The translations under genes and the position numbers were made by a program. From contig NC_086097.1 of the NCBI RefSeq assembly GCF_963921235.1, positions 246,080,001-246,144,000 on the forward strand: a stretch of DNA of 64,000 bases, in the 5' to 3' direction. Positions 12,238 through 25,319 of the stretch are shown here, one piece after another. Source of the DNA: Mobula hypostoma. Its lineage: Eukaryota. The notes under the pieces are model-generated. The model searched no databases. It was not told the DNA's origin and worked only from the letters and a program-made list of their open reading frames with translations. Numbering within the stretch: the first letter of the stretch is position 1; every line of letters begins with the position of its first letter.

Positions 12238-14565
12238 CATAGAACATACAACATAGAATAGTACAGCACAGTACAGGCCCTTCGGCCCACAATGTTGTGC
12301 CGACCCTCAAACCCTGCCTCCCATATAAGCCCCCACCTTAAATTCCTCCATATACCTGTCTAGTAGTCTCTTAAACTTCACTAGTGTATCTGCCTCCACC
12401 ACTGACTCAGGCAGTGCATTCCACGCACCAACCACTCTCTGAGTAAAAAACCTTCCTCTAATATCCCCCTTGAACTTCCCACCCCTTACCTTAAAGCCAT
12501 GTCCTCTTGTATTGAGCAGTGGTGCCCTGGAGAAGAGGCACTGGCTATCCACTCTATCTATTCCTCTTATTATCTTGTACACCTCTATCATGTCTCCTCT
12601 CATCCTCCTTCTCTCCAAAGAGTAAAGCCCCAGCTCCCTTAATCTCTGATCATAATGCGTACTTTCTAAACCAGGCAGCATCCTGGTAAATCTCCTCTGT
12701 ACCCTTTCCAATGCTTCCACATCCTTCCTATAAAGAGGTGACCAGAACTGGACACAGTACTCCAAGTGTGGCCTAACCAGAGTTTTATAGAGCTACATCA
12801 TTACATCGCGACTCGTAAACTCTGTCCCTCGACCTATGAAAGCTAACACCCCATAAGCTTTCTTAACTACCCTATCCACCTGTGAGGCAACTTTCAGGGA
12901 TCTGTGGACATGTACCCCGAGATCCCTCTGCTCCTCCACACTACCAAGTATCCTGCCATTTACTTTGTACTCTGCCTTGGAGTTTGTCCTTCCAAAATGT
13001 ACCACCTCACACTTCTCCGGGTTGAACCCCATCTGCCACTTCTCAGCCCACTTCTGCATTCTATCAATGTCCCTCTGCAATCTTTGACAATCCTCTACAC
13101 TACCTACAACACCACCAACCTTTGTGTCGTCTGCAAACTTGCCAACCCACCCTTCTACCCCCACATCCAGGTCGTTAATAAAAATCATGAAAAGTAGACG
13201 TCCCAGAACAGATCCTTGTGGGACACCACTAGTCACAATCCTCCAATCTGAATGTACTCCCTCCACCACCACCCTCTGCCTTCTGCAGGCAAGCCAATCC
13301 TGAATCCACCTGGCCAAACTTCCCTGGATCCCATGCCTTCTAACTTTCTGAATAAGCCTACCGTGTGGAACCTTGTCAAATGCCTTACTAAAATCCATAT
13401 AGATCACATCCACTGCACTACCCTCATCTATATGCCTGGTCACCTCCTCAAAGAACTCTACCAGGCTTGTTAGACAAGATCTGCCCTTCACAAAGCCATG
13501 CTGACTATCCCTGATCAGACCATGATTCTCTAAATGCCTATAGATCCTATCTCGAAGAATCTTTTCCAACAGTTTTCCCACCACAGATGTAAGGCTCACT
13601 GGTCTATAATTACCCGGACTGTCCCTACTACCTTTTTTAAACAAGGGAACAACATTCACCTCCCTCCAATCCTCCAGTACCATTCCTGTGGACAACGAGG
13701 ACATAAAGATCCTAGCCAGAGGCTCAGCAATCTCTTTTCTCGCCTCGTGGAGCAGCCTGGGGAATATTCCATCAGGCCCCGGGGACTTATCTGTCCTAAT
13801 GTGTTTTAACAACTCCAACCCCTCCTCTCCCTTAATATCAACATGCTCCAGAACATCAACCTCACTCATATTGTCCTCACCATCATGGAGTTCCCTCTCA
13901 TTGGTGAATACCGAAGAGAAGTATTCATTGAGGACCTCGCTCACTTCCACAGCCTCCAAGCACATCTTCCCACCTTTATCTCTAATCGGTCCTACCTTCA
14001 CTCCTGTCATCCTTTTTTTCTTCACATAATTGAAGAATGCCTTGGGGTTTTCCTTTCCCCTACTCGCCAAGGCCTTCTCATACCCCCTTCTTGCTCTTCT
14101 CAGCCCCTTCTTAAGCTCCTTTCTTGCTTCCCTATATTCCTCAATAGACCCATCTGATCCTTGCTTCCTAAACCTCATGTATGCTGCCTTCTTCCACCTG
14201 ACTAGATTTTCCACCTCACTTGTCACCCATGGTTCCTTCACCCTACCATTCTTTATCTTCCTCACTGGGACAAATTTATCCCTTACATCCCGCAAGAGAT
14301 CTCTAAACATCGACCACATGTCCATAGTACATTTTCCTGCAAAAACATCATCCCAATTCACACCCGCAAGTTCTAGCCTTATAGCCTCATAATTTGCCTT
14401 TCCCCAATTAAAAATTTTCCTGTCCTCTTTGATTCTATCCTTTTCCACGATAATTATAAAGGCCAGGGAGCAGTGGTCACTGTCCCCCAGATGCTCACCC
14501 ACTGAGAGATCTGTGACCTGACCCGGTTCATTACCTAGTACTAGATCTAGTATGGCATTCTCCCT
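12238..14565 (-). mobile_element. young 5'-truncated CR1 LINE (end of endonuclease plus RT, ORF2)
   Basis: 569-aa open frame (12793-14502) with GDSDH, KSPGPDG, NYRPVSLTS, DFSKAFD, GVPQGSVLG and FADD; C-terminus at 12307-12765; (atagaac)n tail. Confidence 0.96.
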
Positions 14566-15150
14566 TGTTTATGACGCTATCTAGCTGTGATGCTACTTTC
14601 AAGAAATTATGGATCTATATTCCAAGATCCATTTGTTCTAACACATTTCTCAGTGCCCTACCACTCACTGAGAAAGTCCTACCATGGTTTGTCCTTCCAA
14701 AGTGCAACACCCCACACTTGCTGCATTAAATTCCATCTGCCATTTTTCAAGCTGGTCCAGATCCCACTGCAAGATTTGATAGTCTTCCTCACTGTCCACG
14801 ATGCCCCAAGCTTGGTGTGATCCACAAATTTGCTGATTCAGTTAACCACATTATCACTCAGACCATTGATAATCAATCGACCCAGCACCGAACCCTGCGG
14901 CATTCCCCTAGTCACAGGCCTCTCGTCAAAGAGGCAACCATCTACTATCACTCTCTGGCTTCTCCTGTGAAGCCAATATCAAATCCAATTTACTACCTAA
15001 TCCTGAATGCAGAGAGTCTGAACCTTCTTGACCAGCCTCACATGTGGGACCTGGTGAAGACCTTGCTAAAGTCGATGTGGACAACATCCACTGCCTTGCC
15101 TTCTTCACCCTTTCTAGTAGACTCATTGACAAATTCAAGGAGGTTAGACA
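14566..15150 (-). mobile_element. older degenerate CR1, continuation of the 11490-12237 fragment
   Basis: Degenerate DFSK, PQGSVLG and SKF motifs; joins ..gctttcttta|tgacgctatc across the young insertion. Confidence 0.7.
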
Positions 15151-15319
15151 TGCCCTGTCAGGTAGAAAGCCAAATGTCTCCAACTAAAAGAATTTAAAAA
15201 GAGCGGCAAAGGTAATTTTAGGGACTCCCAAACCGGAATTTGCCAGCTGATAATGCTTGACTGGACAGGCAAGAAGTTACTTCCACCAGCATTCCTTGAA
15301 GACTTTATCTAGGCTTCTC

Positions 15320-15731
15320 CATGGATTGTCACCTTGTCGTGGTGGAGAAGCTTGTGTGGTCCTGTGATCCCGAGAGCAATGCCGTCTGGAGCTATGCTCC
15401 TGGTAGGATCACCCATGGTGGTAAGGTCGAGGGTGAGGTCCCTGACAAAGAACAATCCAACCAAGGCCTCAATGGTGGAACAGACGGACAAAGTTACTTC
15501 GAACTCAACGGCTGTGAAGGCGGATGAAGGCTGCAACAAATCTGGCAGCTCCAATCATTGTGGTTTCCATGCCATTGGAACCAGTTGGTTGATTTGTGAA
15601 GTATCGTGTGCTTCTTGGAGTGCAACATCAAGTACACGTTAAACAAATACACGCACAGGCGTCTTCGCTCTGTGGACCACCTGTTCAGAACGAAGACCAT
15701 CATCCTCGACCTCGAGGGATGGCCACGACGA
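15320..15731 (+). mobile_element. internally deleted RTE (Expander/Rex3-like) element
   Basis: 5' gtcaccttgtcgtggtggag..ctcctggtaggatcacccatgg resembles the Expander/Rex3 5' UTR; cctcgacc..acgacga 3' end. Confidence 0.5.
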
Positions 15732-17849
15732 TTTATCCAGGATTCAGGGGTCAGTTGACAGTTTGTGATGTGAAGGTGCTGGTTAAACTTCTTGCTGATT
15801 TTTGGCCGAACTTTAAAACAAAATTCTGCCTGCAGGGGGAGAAGATATTTCTCGCACTATATTTTTGGCTGAATCCACAGCAGCTGTGAAGGAACCTGAA
15901 GCAGCTTGTTGAGGCTGGAGGAAGAGAGGAGCAGTAGGGAGGAAAACGGGTCAATCAGCTTCTGGTAAAGTGAGGAAGAAATAGGATAAGGTGCAGATGG
16001 TCATCTCCACAGATCTTCAATAAATGTTACTCCGCTAAATTTTTTTTTATGATGGAATACCTGAGAGGCCTTTACTTCAACAAAAGGGGTTGCCTCCAAG
16101 CCGGGAGCTTCACAGCGGGGCTAGGACAGCAATTCCTGCTGTTGTCAAGATCACTTAACTTCAGACTTCCAGCTCCAGATGGAACGTCCCCTGGTTTTAA
16201 GATTAGCACTACAGGGAGGTCTCCAACACAGGAGAATAATCTGTATTTCTTTCCCCATGAACAAAGCAGTGCCCACCCCCACCCCTTGAAAGCTGATGGC
16301 TGCCTTTAATTGATTTCAGAAATGCTAAGCTTTCAACCATCAACTCTCCACACTCTGCTCCGGAGCACAAAGGCCAACCAATCACGCACTGCCTGCACAC
16401 AAACTTAATTGCGAGCAGGAGTGCATTCTGACTGGTTGCATCGCTGTCTGGTTTGGAGGGGCCGCAGCTCAGGACCGGAAGGAGCTGCAGAGGTTTGTAA
16501 AGTCAGCCAGCTCCACCATGAGCACCAGCCTCCTCAGCTTTAAGGACATCTTCACAAGGCAAGCCTTAAACTGGCAGAATTCATCATTAAGGACCCCCAC
16601 CAATGTTCCCTCTAATTTATAATGACCAGTGTGGGCAAAAATCTTGTGCTGTGCAGTTTTTTTTTGCCCAGTGACAACAACATGAACACTTTGAATCATT
16701 TATTCAATAAAAGCAGTATAAAGAAGCCAGTTCTAAAATCTGCAGGCAAATCATCACAAAGTCCATGCTGTCAACACTGTCTGCACCAGAAACTGGAAAA
16801 GGAAATGTGATTGAGTAGGAGCATGAAATATACTTAACATGCCAATGAGGTAGAGAGTAGCAACTGTTTGTACACAGTCTGAATTCCTTTTTTGTGCTAG
16901 TAGCAAAAGGTGTGTGTGTGCTCACATGTACACACCTTAGAGTGAACATTAACCCTCACTGCCCAGGACATAGTTAAAAAAAAGTTTAAGTCTGTCCCGA
17001 GCCTTATAGGCTCATCAGACCGGTGCTTATGCCGGTTTCTACCATCAGGGAGCCTGAAGACACATACTCATTGTTTTAGGAATAACCTCTTGCCTTCCGC
17101 CGTCAGATATCAGAGCAGACAATGAGCCTATGAGAACTACCACACTATTTTGCTCCCCCTTTTTTGCACCACACATTTAATTTAATTGACATCAAGTCCT
17201 GGTGAAGCATCTCAAAATCTGATTCACGTTTATTATTACTGATGTACCTCAATGACCACTTCATTAGTTATGTGACTAACCTAATACAGTGGCCACCGAG
17301 TGTGTGGTCAAGGTATTCTGCTGCTGTAGCCCATCCACTTCGGGGTTTGACGTGTTGTACGTTCAGAGATTCAGAGACGCTTCCCGCACACCACTGCAGT
17401 AACGTGTGGTTATTTGTGTTACTGTCACCCTCCTGTCAGCTTGAACCAGTCTGCCCGTTCTCAGAGACATGGAACACTACTGCACAGAGACAGACACTTC
17501 GGACCACTGAGTCCGAGCCTAATCCCAATGACCTGCACTGGGACCAGAGCCCTCCATGCACCTATCCAAATTTCTCTTAAATGTTCAAATTGAACCATCT
17601 ACCACTTCCACTGGCAGTATCCCACACTCCCACCACCCACTGAGTGAAGAAGCTCCTCCTCACGTTTCCCTTAAACATTTCTCCTTTGACCTCTAATTAT
17701 TGATCTCCGGCTCTAGTCTCACCCAACCTCAGTAGGAAAAGTCTGCTTGCATGTACCCTATCTATATACCTCATATCATACCTATCATTCTTCTCTGACC
17801 TCTCTCATTAACCACCGTTCACTGGAATTTTTATTTTGCACCAGTCTCT

Positions 17850-18100
17850 GCAAACTCTGGAGCGTGTTATATGTGAAAACCTAAGGAGATCAGCAGTGTC
17901 TGAGATACTCAAACCATTGGGTCTCTCAGTCAAAGTCACTTAGATCACATTTCTTCCCCATTCTGATGTTTGGTCTGAACAACAACTGAACCTCTTGACC
18001 ACATCTGCATGCCTTTTATGCATTGAGTTGCTGCTACATGATTGGCTGATGAGATATTTGCATTAACAAGAAGGTGTATAGGTGTATCAAATAAAGTAGC
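17850..18100 (-). mobile_element. Tc1-like DNA transposon remnant
   Basis: Homologous to 43790-44235 (cagaatggggaagaaatgtgatctaagtgac). Confidence 0.7.
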
Positions 18101-18104
18101 TGTG

Positions 18105-18483
18105 TGGGGTGGTGCGGTGGAGCTACATCTCCACCAAAGGAGGTGCAAGACGCTCCTTCCCTCTGTTAGCTTGCCGGTCACCCTTTGGGCAAGGTGTAGC
18201 ACCTGGTTAGCCCCCCCTCCCCCAATCACGGTCACTTGAAGCCATGGTGGATGGTCAAATGAGCAGCTAGTGCATATCACAAGTCCTGGTTATGTGACCA
18301 CCGACACCAGGCAGACAATCTCTGAAGGGTATTGATAATGACTGTGGTCACACATCTTCAAAAGACACTTCCCAGAAGAAGGGAATGGCAAACCACTTCT
18401 GTAAAAAAAGATTACCAAGAACATTGATGGTGACGAGACATTGACCGCCTACGTCATATGACACGGCACATAATCATGATAAT
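18105..18483 (+). mobile_element. non-autonomous RTE-related short element
   Basis: Hairpin-rich head and ggcaaaccacttc 3' region; further copies at 1746, 19660 and 49017-50633. Confidence 0.65.
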
Positions 18484-18725
18484 GATACTGATTGAGTGTA
18501 TGTTATGAAATATATCATTTCTGTGGCAGTAGTCAAATCCTGATGTAAGGTCTCGCCCCAGAAAGACTGTTTATTCCCCTCCATAGATGTTGCCTGAGCC
18601 GTTAAGTTCGTCCAGCATTTTGTGCCTTTTACTCTTAAATTCCAGAGAAGAGAAGAGACAGCAAAACCAGGGGAACGTTTTAGATAGGATGAAGATACTT
18701 AATGACAGGCCATGACAGAAAGGAA

Positions 18726-18945
18726 GGCATGGTAGTGTAGTGGTTAGCGCAACAGCTTACAGTACCAGCAACCAGGGTTCGTTTCCTGTCGCTGCCTGCA
18801 AGGAGTTTGTACGTTCTCCGTGTGACCGCGTGGGTTTTCTCCAGAGACTCTGGTTTCCTTCCACAGTCTAAAGAAGTACTGTTTGGTAGGTTAATTGCTC
18901 ATTGTAAACTGTCCCGTGATTAGGCAAGGATTAAATTGGGGGATT
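18726..18945 (+). mobile_element. tRNA SINE (V-SINE/HE1-like)
   Basis: ggcatggtagtgtagtggttagcg..gggttcg.. followed by the V-type core. Confidence 0.75.
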
Positions 18946-20864
18946 TATGTTGTTTATCAATAAATAAATAAACAAATAAATAAAAAGTAATTCAATCACT
19001 TTTGGTCACTCTATCACAGACCTTTTGTGAAAAATGTTTCTTTTTTCTAAATTTTCTCAGTTTTGATGAAACATTAACTCTGTCTCTCTCCCATCGATGC
19101 TGCCTCACCTGGTGGGAATTTCCAAATTTTGTTTTTATTTCATATTTCACCAACGGTGATTTTTTTTGTTTTTCAAAAGAGATTGGGTGTTTCACAGAAA
19201 CAAAGAGGTGGTGTTGAAGTCATGAAACACGCTGGATGATAAACATCATAATTTCCATCTTTTAGTTGGAACCTGATGTGTCATCTGCCTTGTGTCGAGC
19301 CTTCATTTAGTCCCTCGTGTGCTAAGTAAACATGTCAGAAATATTTAGCCCAGAGACTGCCATCTGTTTCACTTCTTTTATTAACATTTATTTCTAAGCT
19401 GTCTCCACCATCTCAACTAGGGAGATACATTAATAATAACAACAGGACTGTAGACTTCATTGCCCTGTTACCAAAATTTCTGCCAAGGCAGGACTGCATA
19501 CGGTCTGGTCGTGCAGCACACAGCTGCCAATGCACAATGTTGTGCTGACCCTTTAACCTATTCCAAGATCAAGCTAACCCGGTCCCTCGTACATAGCCCT
19601 CAATTTTTATTTCATCCATTTGTCTTTCTAAGAATCTCTAAATGCCCCTAGTGTACCTGCGTGGACGGCAGGGTGGAGATGCGTCTCTTCCACGGGAGGT
19701 GCAAGGAGCTCCTTCCCCCTGCTAGCCTGCAGGTCACCCTTGGACAAGGTGTAGCACAACAGCAGGCGTCACGGCAGCCGATGCAGAAGCCACTAGTTGC
19801 AGGCCGCAGCCTCAGTCCGGCATTTAGACGAGCAGACCCTGCAGAGCAGTGAGCCGAAATGGTCCGTCTCTCACCTCTGACTCCAACGCCCCAGCCACTT
19901 CAGTCTGCCCTGGCACTTACACCGTCCTATCTTCACAGGATATTCTCTCCAATCCAGGCAGCATCCTGCTAAATCCCCTTTGCGCCCTCGCTAAAGCTTC
20001 CAAGCCTTTCCTATAATGAGACAACCAGAAGTGAACACATGATATTCCAAGTGTGATCTAAGCAGTGTTTTATAGAGTTGCAACATTATCTTGTGCTCTT
20101 GAACTCAACCACCTGACTGACAAAGGCCAACACTCCATATGCCTTCTTAACCACCCTATCTGATACTCTTAAGTGTGGTCAAAGGTAGATCGGTAGATTA
20201 ATTTCCATTTCATGTTCCCATTTCATCAGAAATATTAGGGATTTCATGAGAGAAAGTGCTCCTTAGTCACGTCGGCCTGTAACGTTTTAGCTTTAGGATC
20301 TTTGACTCATCTGGAATATTATGGAACACTCTCTCATAATAACCCGAGGCATCAAGGGTTAAACTATGAGGGCAGATCACAAAGAAATATTGCTTCTAAT
20401 TAGATCATCAAAAATCAAGGACTAAGGAGCTTAACTGCCAGACTGAAACTACTTAGGAATGAAGTTAGAAAGCTCTCAATCACAGAAATGTAAATTCAAG
20501 AGTCATGGAGCACTATAGCACAGAAACAGGCCCTTCTGCCCACCTAGTCTATGTCAAACTGTTATTCTGCTGAGGTCCATTGACCTGCACTGAAACCATA
20601 GCCCTCCATACCTCTCCAATCCGTGTACATTTCCAAAACTTCTCTTAAATGCTGAAATCGAACCTGTATCCACCACTTCCGCTGGCAGCTCATTCCACAC
20701 TCACAACCACCCTCTGGGTAAAGTCCCCGCTCAGATTGCCTTTAAATATTTCACTTTTAACCTATGACTTCCAGTTCAAGTCTCTCCCAACCTTAGTGGA
20801 AAAAGCCTACCTCCATTTACTCTATCTATACCCTTTGTGTAGCTCTTGTGTCCTTACAAGAGAG

Positions 20865-21460
20865 AGGAGCTGGCCAAAGCAGATTGGAAAGCAACCCCAG
20901 CAGGGGCGATGGCAGGATAGCATTTCCTGGAGATTCTAGGACCAATTCGGAAGGTACGTCCCAAAGGTGAAGAAGTACTCTAAAGGGAGAATGAGGCGAA
21001 TGTGGCTGACAAGGGAAGTCAAAGACAGCATAAAAGGATAAGAAAAGGCATATAATATAGCCAAAAATAGTGGGAAGTTGAAGCTTTTACAAACCACAAG
21101 AAGGCACCCAAAAAAAGCCATACGGAGAGAAAAGATGGAAAACGAAGGTTAGCTAGCCAATAGTACAAAAGGGGATACTGGAAGTTTTTTCAGATACATA
21201 TACCATATAAAGAATAACAAAAGGAGTTGGGACTCCTGGAAACTAACACTGGAGAGGTAGTAATGGGGGACAAGGAAACGGTTTATGTACGTAATGAGTA
21301 TGTTGCATCAGTCTTTATTATAAAAGCCACTAGCAGAATGCCAGATTTTTCAAGCGTGTCAGAGTGCAGAGGTGGGTGTGGTTGCTATTACTAAGGAGGA
21401 GGTACTCGGGAAGCTGAAGGATCTGAATGTCAGCTAGACCAGATGGACTACAACTTAAGG
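20865..21460 (+). mobile_element. CR1 ORF2 internal fragment
   Basis: WLTREVKDSIK.. and lNEY.ASVF..KLK motifs, degenerate. Confidence 0.75.
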
Positions 21461-22174
21461 TTGTCTGGCTGTCCACATGATCTAGGTCTCATCCAGCCAC
21501 CTCTCATCCACTTTCATTCCAAAAGGAAAAGCTCAAGCTCACTCAACCAATCCTAGAAGGCATTCTCTCTAATCCAGGCAGCATCCCGATGAATCTCCTC
21601 TGCACCCTCTCTAAAGCTTCCACACCCTTCCACACGAGGTGAACAGAACTGAACGCAATATTCCAAGTGTGGTCTAAGCGGAGTTTTATAGAGCTGCAAC
21701 ATTACCTCATGGCTCTTGAACTCAATCCCCTGACTAATGAAGGGTAACACACCACAAGTCTTCTTAACCATACTATCAACTTGCACAGCAACTTTGAGGG
21801 ATCTATAGACGCGGACCCATAGCCATTCCTGTCCATAAGTCTATTTAGGTTTTAAAATGATAGCTATACAGAACTGTGCAGAAGTCTTATATAACTAGGG
21901 AGCCTAAGACTTTTGCACAATTGTATTTGTCAATGTGGGGTGGATGACGGATTTGTGAATCTGGTAGGAGCAAAGGATGTTCTGTGTGTGTGTGTGTGTG
22001 TGTGTGTCTTGTTTTACGGCGGTTGGCATCCAGCTTAATGGTGCATTACCGCCACCAAACAAAGGATGTTGGGAATGGTGAGGGTGGAGTGTGGGATAGG
22101 TGGCACAGGAGGAGTGCTGGGGCAGGGTGGTGTGGATGCAGACACCCCCAGGCAAAGCCATTTGATTCTGTTGA

Positions 22175-22875
22175 CTTAGGAGTCCTCGTGCGAGACTCCC
22201 AGAAAGTTAATTTACAGGTTGAGTCTGCGGTAGAGAAGGCGAATGCAATGTCACCATTTATTTCAAGGGGAATAGAATATAAAAGCAAGGGGATAATGTT
22301 CAGCCTTTATAAAACACTAGTCAGGCCCCATTTGGAGTATTGTTAACAGTTTTGGGTCCCATATCCCAGAGAGAGAGAGATAGTCCAGAGGATGATCACG
22401 AGGATGATTCAGGGAATGAAGGGTTAACATATGAGGAGCGTTTGACAGCTTTGTGCCTGTACTCACTGGAATTTAAAAGAATGCGGTGGGACTCATTGAA
22501 ACCTTCCGAATGTTGAAAGGACTAGATAGGGTGGATGTGGAGAGGATGTTTCCTCTGGTGGGGGTATCCAGAACTAGAGGGCACAGCCTCAAAATTGAGG
22601 GGCGACTTTTTAGAACAGAGGTAAGGAGGAATTTTTTAACCAGAGAGTACTGAATCTGTGGAATGCTGTGCCACAGACTGTGGTGGAGGCCAAGTCAGTG
22701 TGTATATTTAAGGCGGAAGTTGATCGTTTCCTGATTGGTCAGGGCATCAAAGGATATGGCGAGAATGCAGGTATGTGGAGTTGAGTGGGATCCAGGATCA
22801 GCCATGTTGGAATGGCGGAGCAGACTCGATGGGTTGAATGGCCTAATTCTGCTCCTAAGTCTTATGGTCTTATAA
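22175..22875 (+). mobile_element. CR1 3' fragment
   Basis: DLGVLVRDSQKV..VRPHLEYC; cttatggtcttat tail. Confidence 0.9.
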
Positions 22876-23096
22876 TTCCAAACAATTAGTTTATTGATCA
22901 TTACAGAATGTCTCTCTGGTGCTTCCCATTCCCTCCCCTCTCTCTTCCCATTTTCCCAATCATGATTCCCCATTCCCTGCCCTCTTCCCACTCTCAGTCC
23001 ACAATCATGACACAAATCAGAATCAGGTTTATCATCACTCACAAACATCATGAAATCTGGGTTTTTTTTTGGGGGGGGTCAGTACATTAAATTCTA

Positions 23097-23163
23097 CAGT
23101 ACTGTGCAAACATTTCAGGCATCCTAACTATATTCATGTGCCAAAGACTTTTGCATAATACTG
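23097..23163. mobile_element. miniature Tc1/mariner-type MITE
   Basis: TA|cagtactgtgcaaa ... tttgcataatactg|TA; related copy at 21869-21923. Confidence 0.6.
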
Positions 23164-23404
23164 TAAGTTATCTACATTAAAATCATCCATCTATAAATAT
23201 GATGCTATATTTACATGAGAGGGATATGAAGGAAAATAATGTTCACATCTGTGTGACTATATGCATGAATCATATAATAATGATGATGACATTTATAAAA
23301 TAAATTAGAAGATAATGATTCAGTCTGCATTAACAATTTTTCTAATTGCTTGTTAGGGAATATTTAATTTAGAGGGACAGAGTGAATAAATATCAGTGAG
23401 GAAG

Positions 23405-23885
23405 TTTTGGAAAGATATCAAAAATACTGAAAGACAACAGAGAAAACTGACAAGAATGTTTTTGGGACTGGAGGGCTTGAGTTACAGGGAAAAGTTGAAT
23501 AGGTTAGGACTTTATTACCTGGAGTGTAGGAGAATGAGGGGAGATTTGATAGAGGTATACACAATTATGAAGGGTATAGATAGGGTAAATGCAAGCAGGC
23601 TTTTTCCACTGAGCTTGGGTGAGACTAGAACTAGGGGTTATAGGATAAATGTGAAAGGTGACATTTAAGGGGAACATGAGGGGGGACTTCTTCATTCCAA
23701 ATGTGAAACGAGCTGCCAGCGCAAGTGGTAGATATGGGTTCATTTTCAATGTTTAAGAAAACTTTGGATACATATATGGATGGGAGGAGTATGGAGGGCG
23801 ACGGTCCCAGTGCAGGTCGATGGGATGAGGCAGAGTAACAGTTTGGCACGGACTAGATGGGCCAAATGGCCTGTTACTATGTTAT
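23405..23885 (+). mobile_element. CR1 3' fragment
   Basis: LECRRMRGDLIEVY. Confidence 0.85.
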
Positions 23886-24255
23886 TCACACAAAACACTG
23901 GAGGAACTTAGCAGGCCAGGCATCATCTGTGGAAAAGAGTACACAGACAACGTTTCAGGCCGAGACCCTTCAGCAGGACAGGAGAAAAAGAAGATGAGGA
24001 GTAGAGTTAAAAAGTGGGGGGAGGGAGAAACACAAGGTGAGGGGTTGAAACCGGGGACCGGGGGTGCAGTGAAGAGCTGGGAAATTGATTGGTGAGAGAC
24101 ACAGGGCTGGAGAAGGGGGAATCTAACGGGAGAGGACAGAAGACCATGGAAGAAAGAAGAAGGGGGAGGAGCACCAAAGGGAGGTGATGGGCAGGCAAGG
24201 AGACAAGTGAGAGATGGAAAGGGGGATGGGGAATAGAGAAGGAGGGAATTGGGGG
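23886..24255 (-). mobile_element. Penelope-like 3' region with pLTR and hammerhead-like motif (23946-23980)
   Basis: Minus strand GUC-CUGCUGA-AGGGUCUCGGCCU-GAAACGUU, preceded by the pyrimidine-rich 3' UTR. Confidence 0.65.
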
Positions 24256-25319
24256 CTGCGTTGTAGTGCTCTAGGACTATGACTCTAAGTCTGAGGGGTT
24301 AAAGTGCAGAAAACATTTTCAATAATTCAAGCTGATTTTTGTTCTCATGGAAGGAAATGTCAACAATTCTCTGTGGGCTGTTGATCATGAAGAGAACAGT
24401 TCTTGTCATATTCCCCTACTCAATGTTCCAGCACAGAAACAACCAACAGTTAATGACAATCCACTGATTACATATGGACATTATATAATCTCGGAGGTCA
24501 TTGGAACCTATTACCTATTGTCACTTTGATGCAGACTTCTAGACTGAGGCTTTTGGACAGAGTCACGTTGGCCAAGGAGACTGACAGCTGTCCTTCCCAG
24601 CCACGCAGGTAGGCAAAAAGACTCCTCAAATATCTCTTCATTGAAGGGCTGTGGGAACAACTCATATAAAAACCCAGTGGAACACCTACTACAGATGTAA
24701 CCATGGAACTTATGCAAATAACACTGACACCTTGAACAAAATATGTCAAGAACTATAAAAGTGATTACCAGCCCACACAAGCAGGGAGAAGCTGAGAGCG
24801 TGCATCAGCAAGAAAATATTGATAATAATTTTAGAGATTCAATGAGGTTTTTAGTTATTATGGTGAACCCATTTATAGTTTCAATTTTGCTGTTTACATC
24901 TTCTTCAGCAATATCTCCAAATATGTTGATTCTGACCCTTGGTTCTCATTCCTCTGGGAAACATTGGTGCTGAGGATGGGTACATACCAGCCAGGAACGT
25001 TCTACCAGCAGTTGAATCTGAGTGCCCATATTCTTGTCTTCTTTGCTCCACGGAGAGGCAGACCCACGAAGACCAGCCTAATTCTGAACCCACGTCTTAT
25101 GGAGTACGCTTGATTCTATTACAACGCTTTCTGTGAGAACGATTGATCTTTTTAACCAACAGCTTTGCCATGACCTGCAAAGGGTTTTCCACATTCTCCC
25201 TGTGACCGTGTGGGTATCTTCACATATCCCAGAGATGCAAAGGGTTAGCAGGTTAATTGTTCCCATGGAGTAACTGGGTGGGGCAGCATTGTTGGGCTGA
25301 AGGGACTATTACCTAGATA

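Noticed and set aside
12793..14502. Domesticated reverse transcriptase gene
   Set aside because: It is 5'-truncated, has a stop before the C-terminus and a CR1 tail, so it is an ordinary young insertion.
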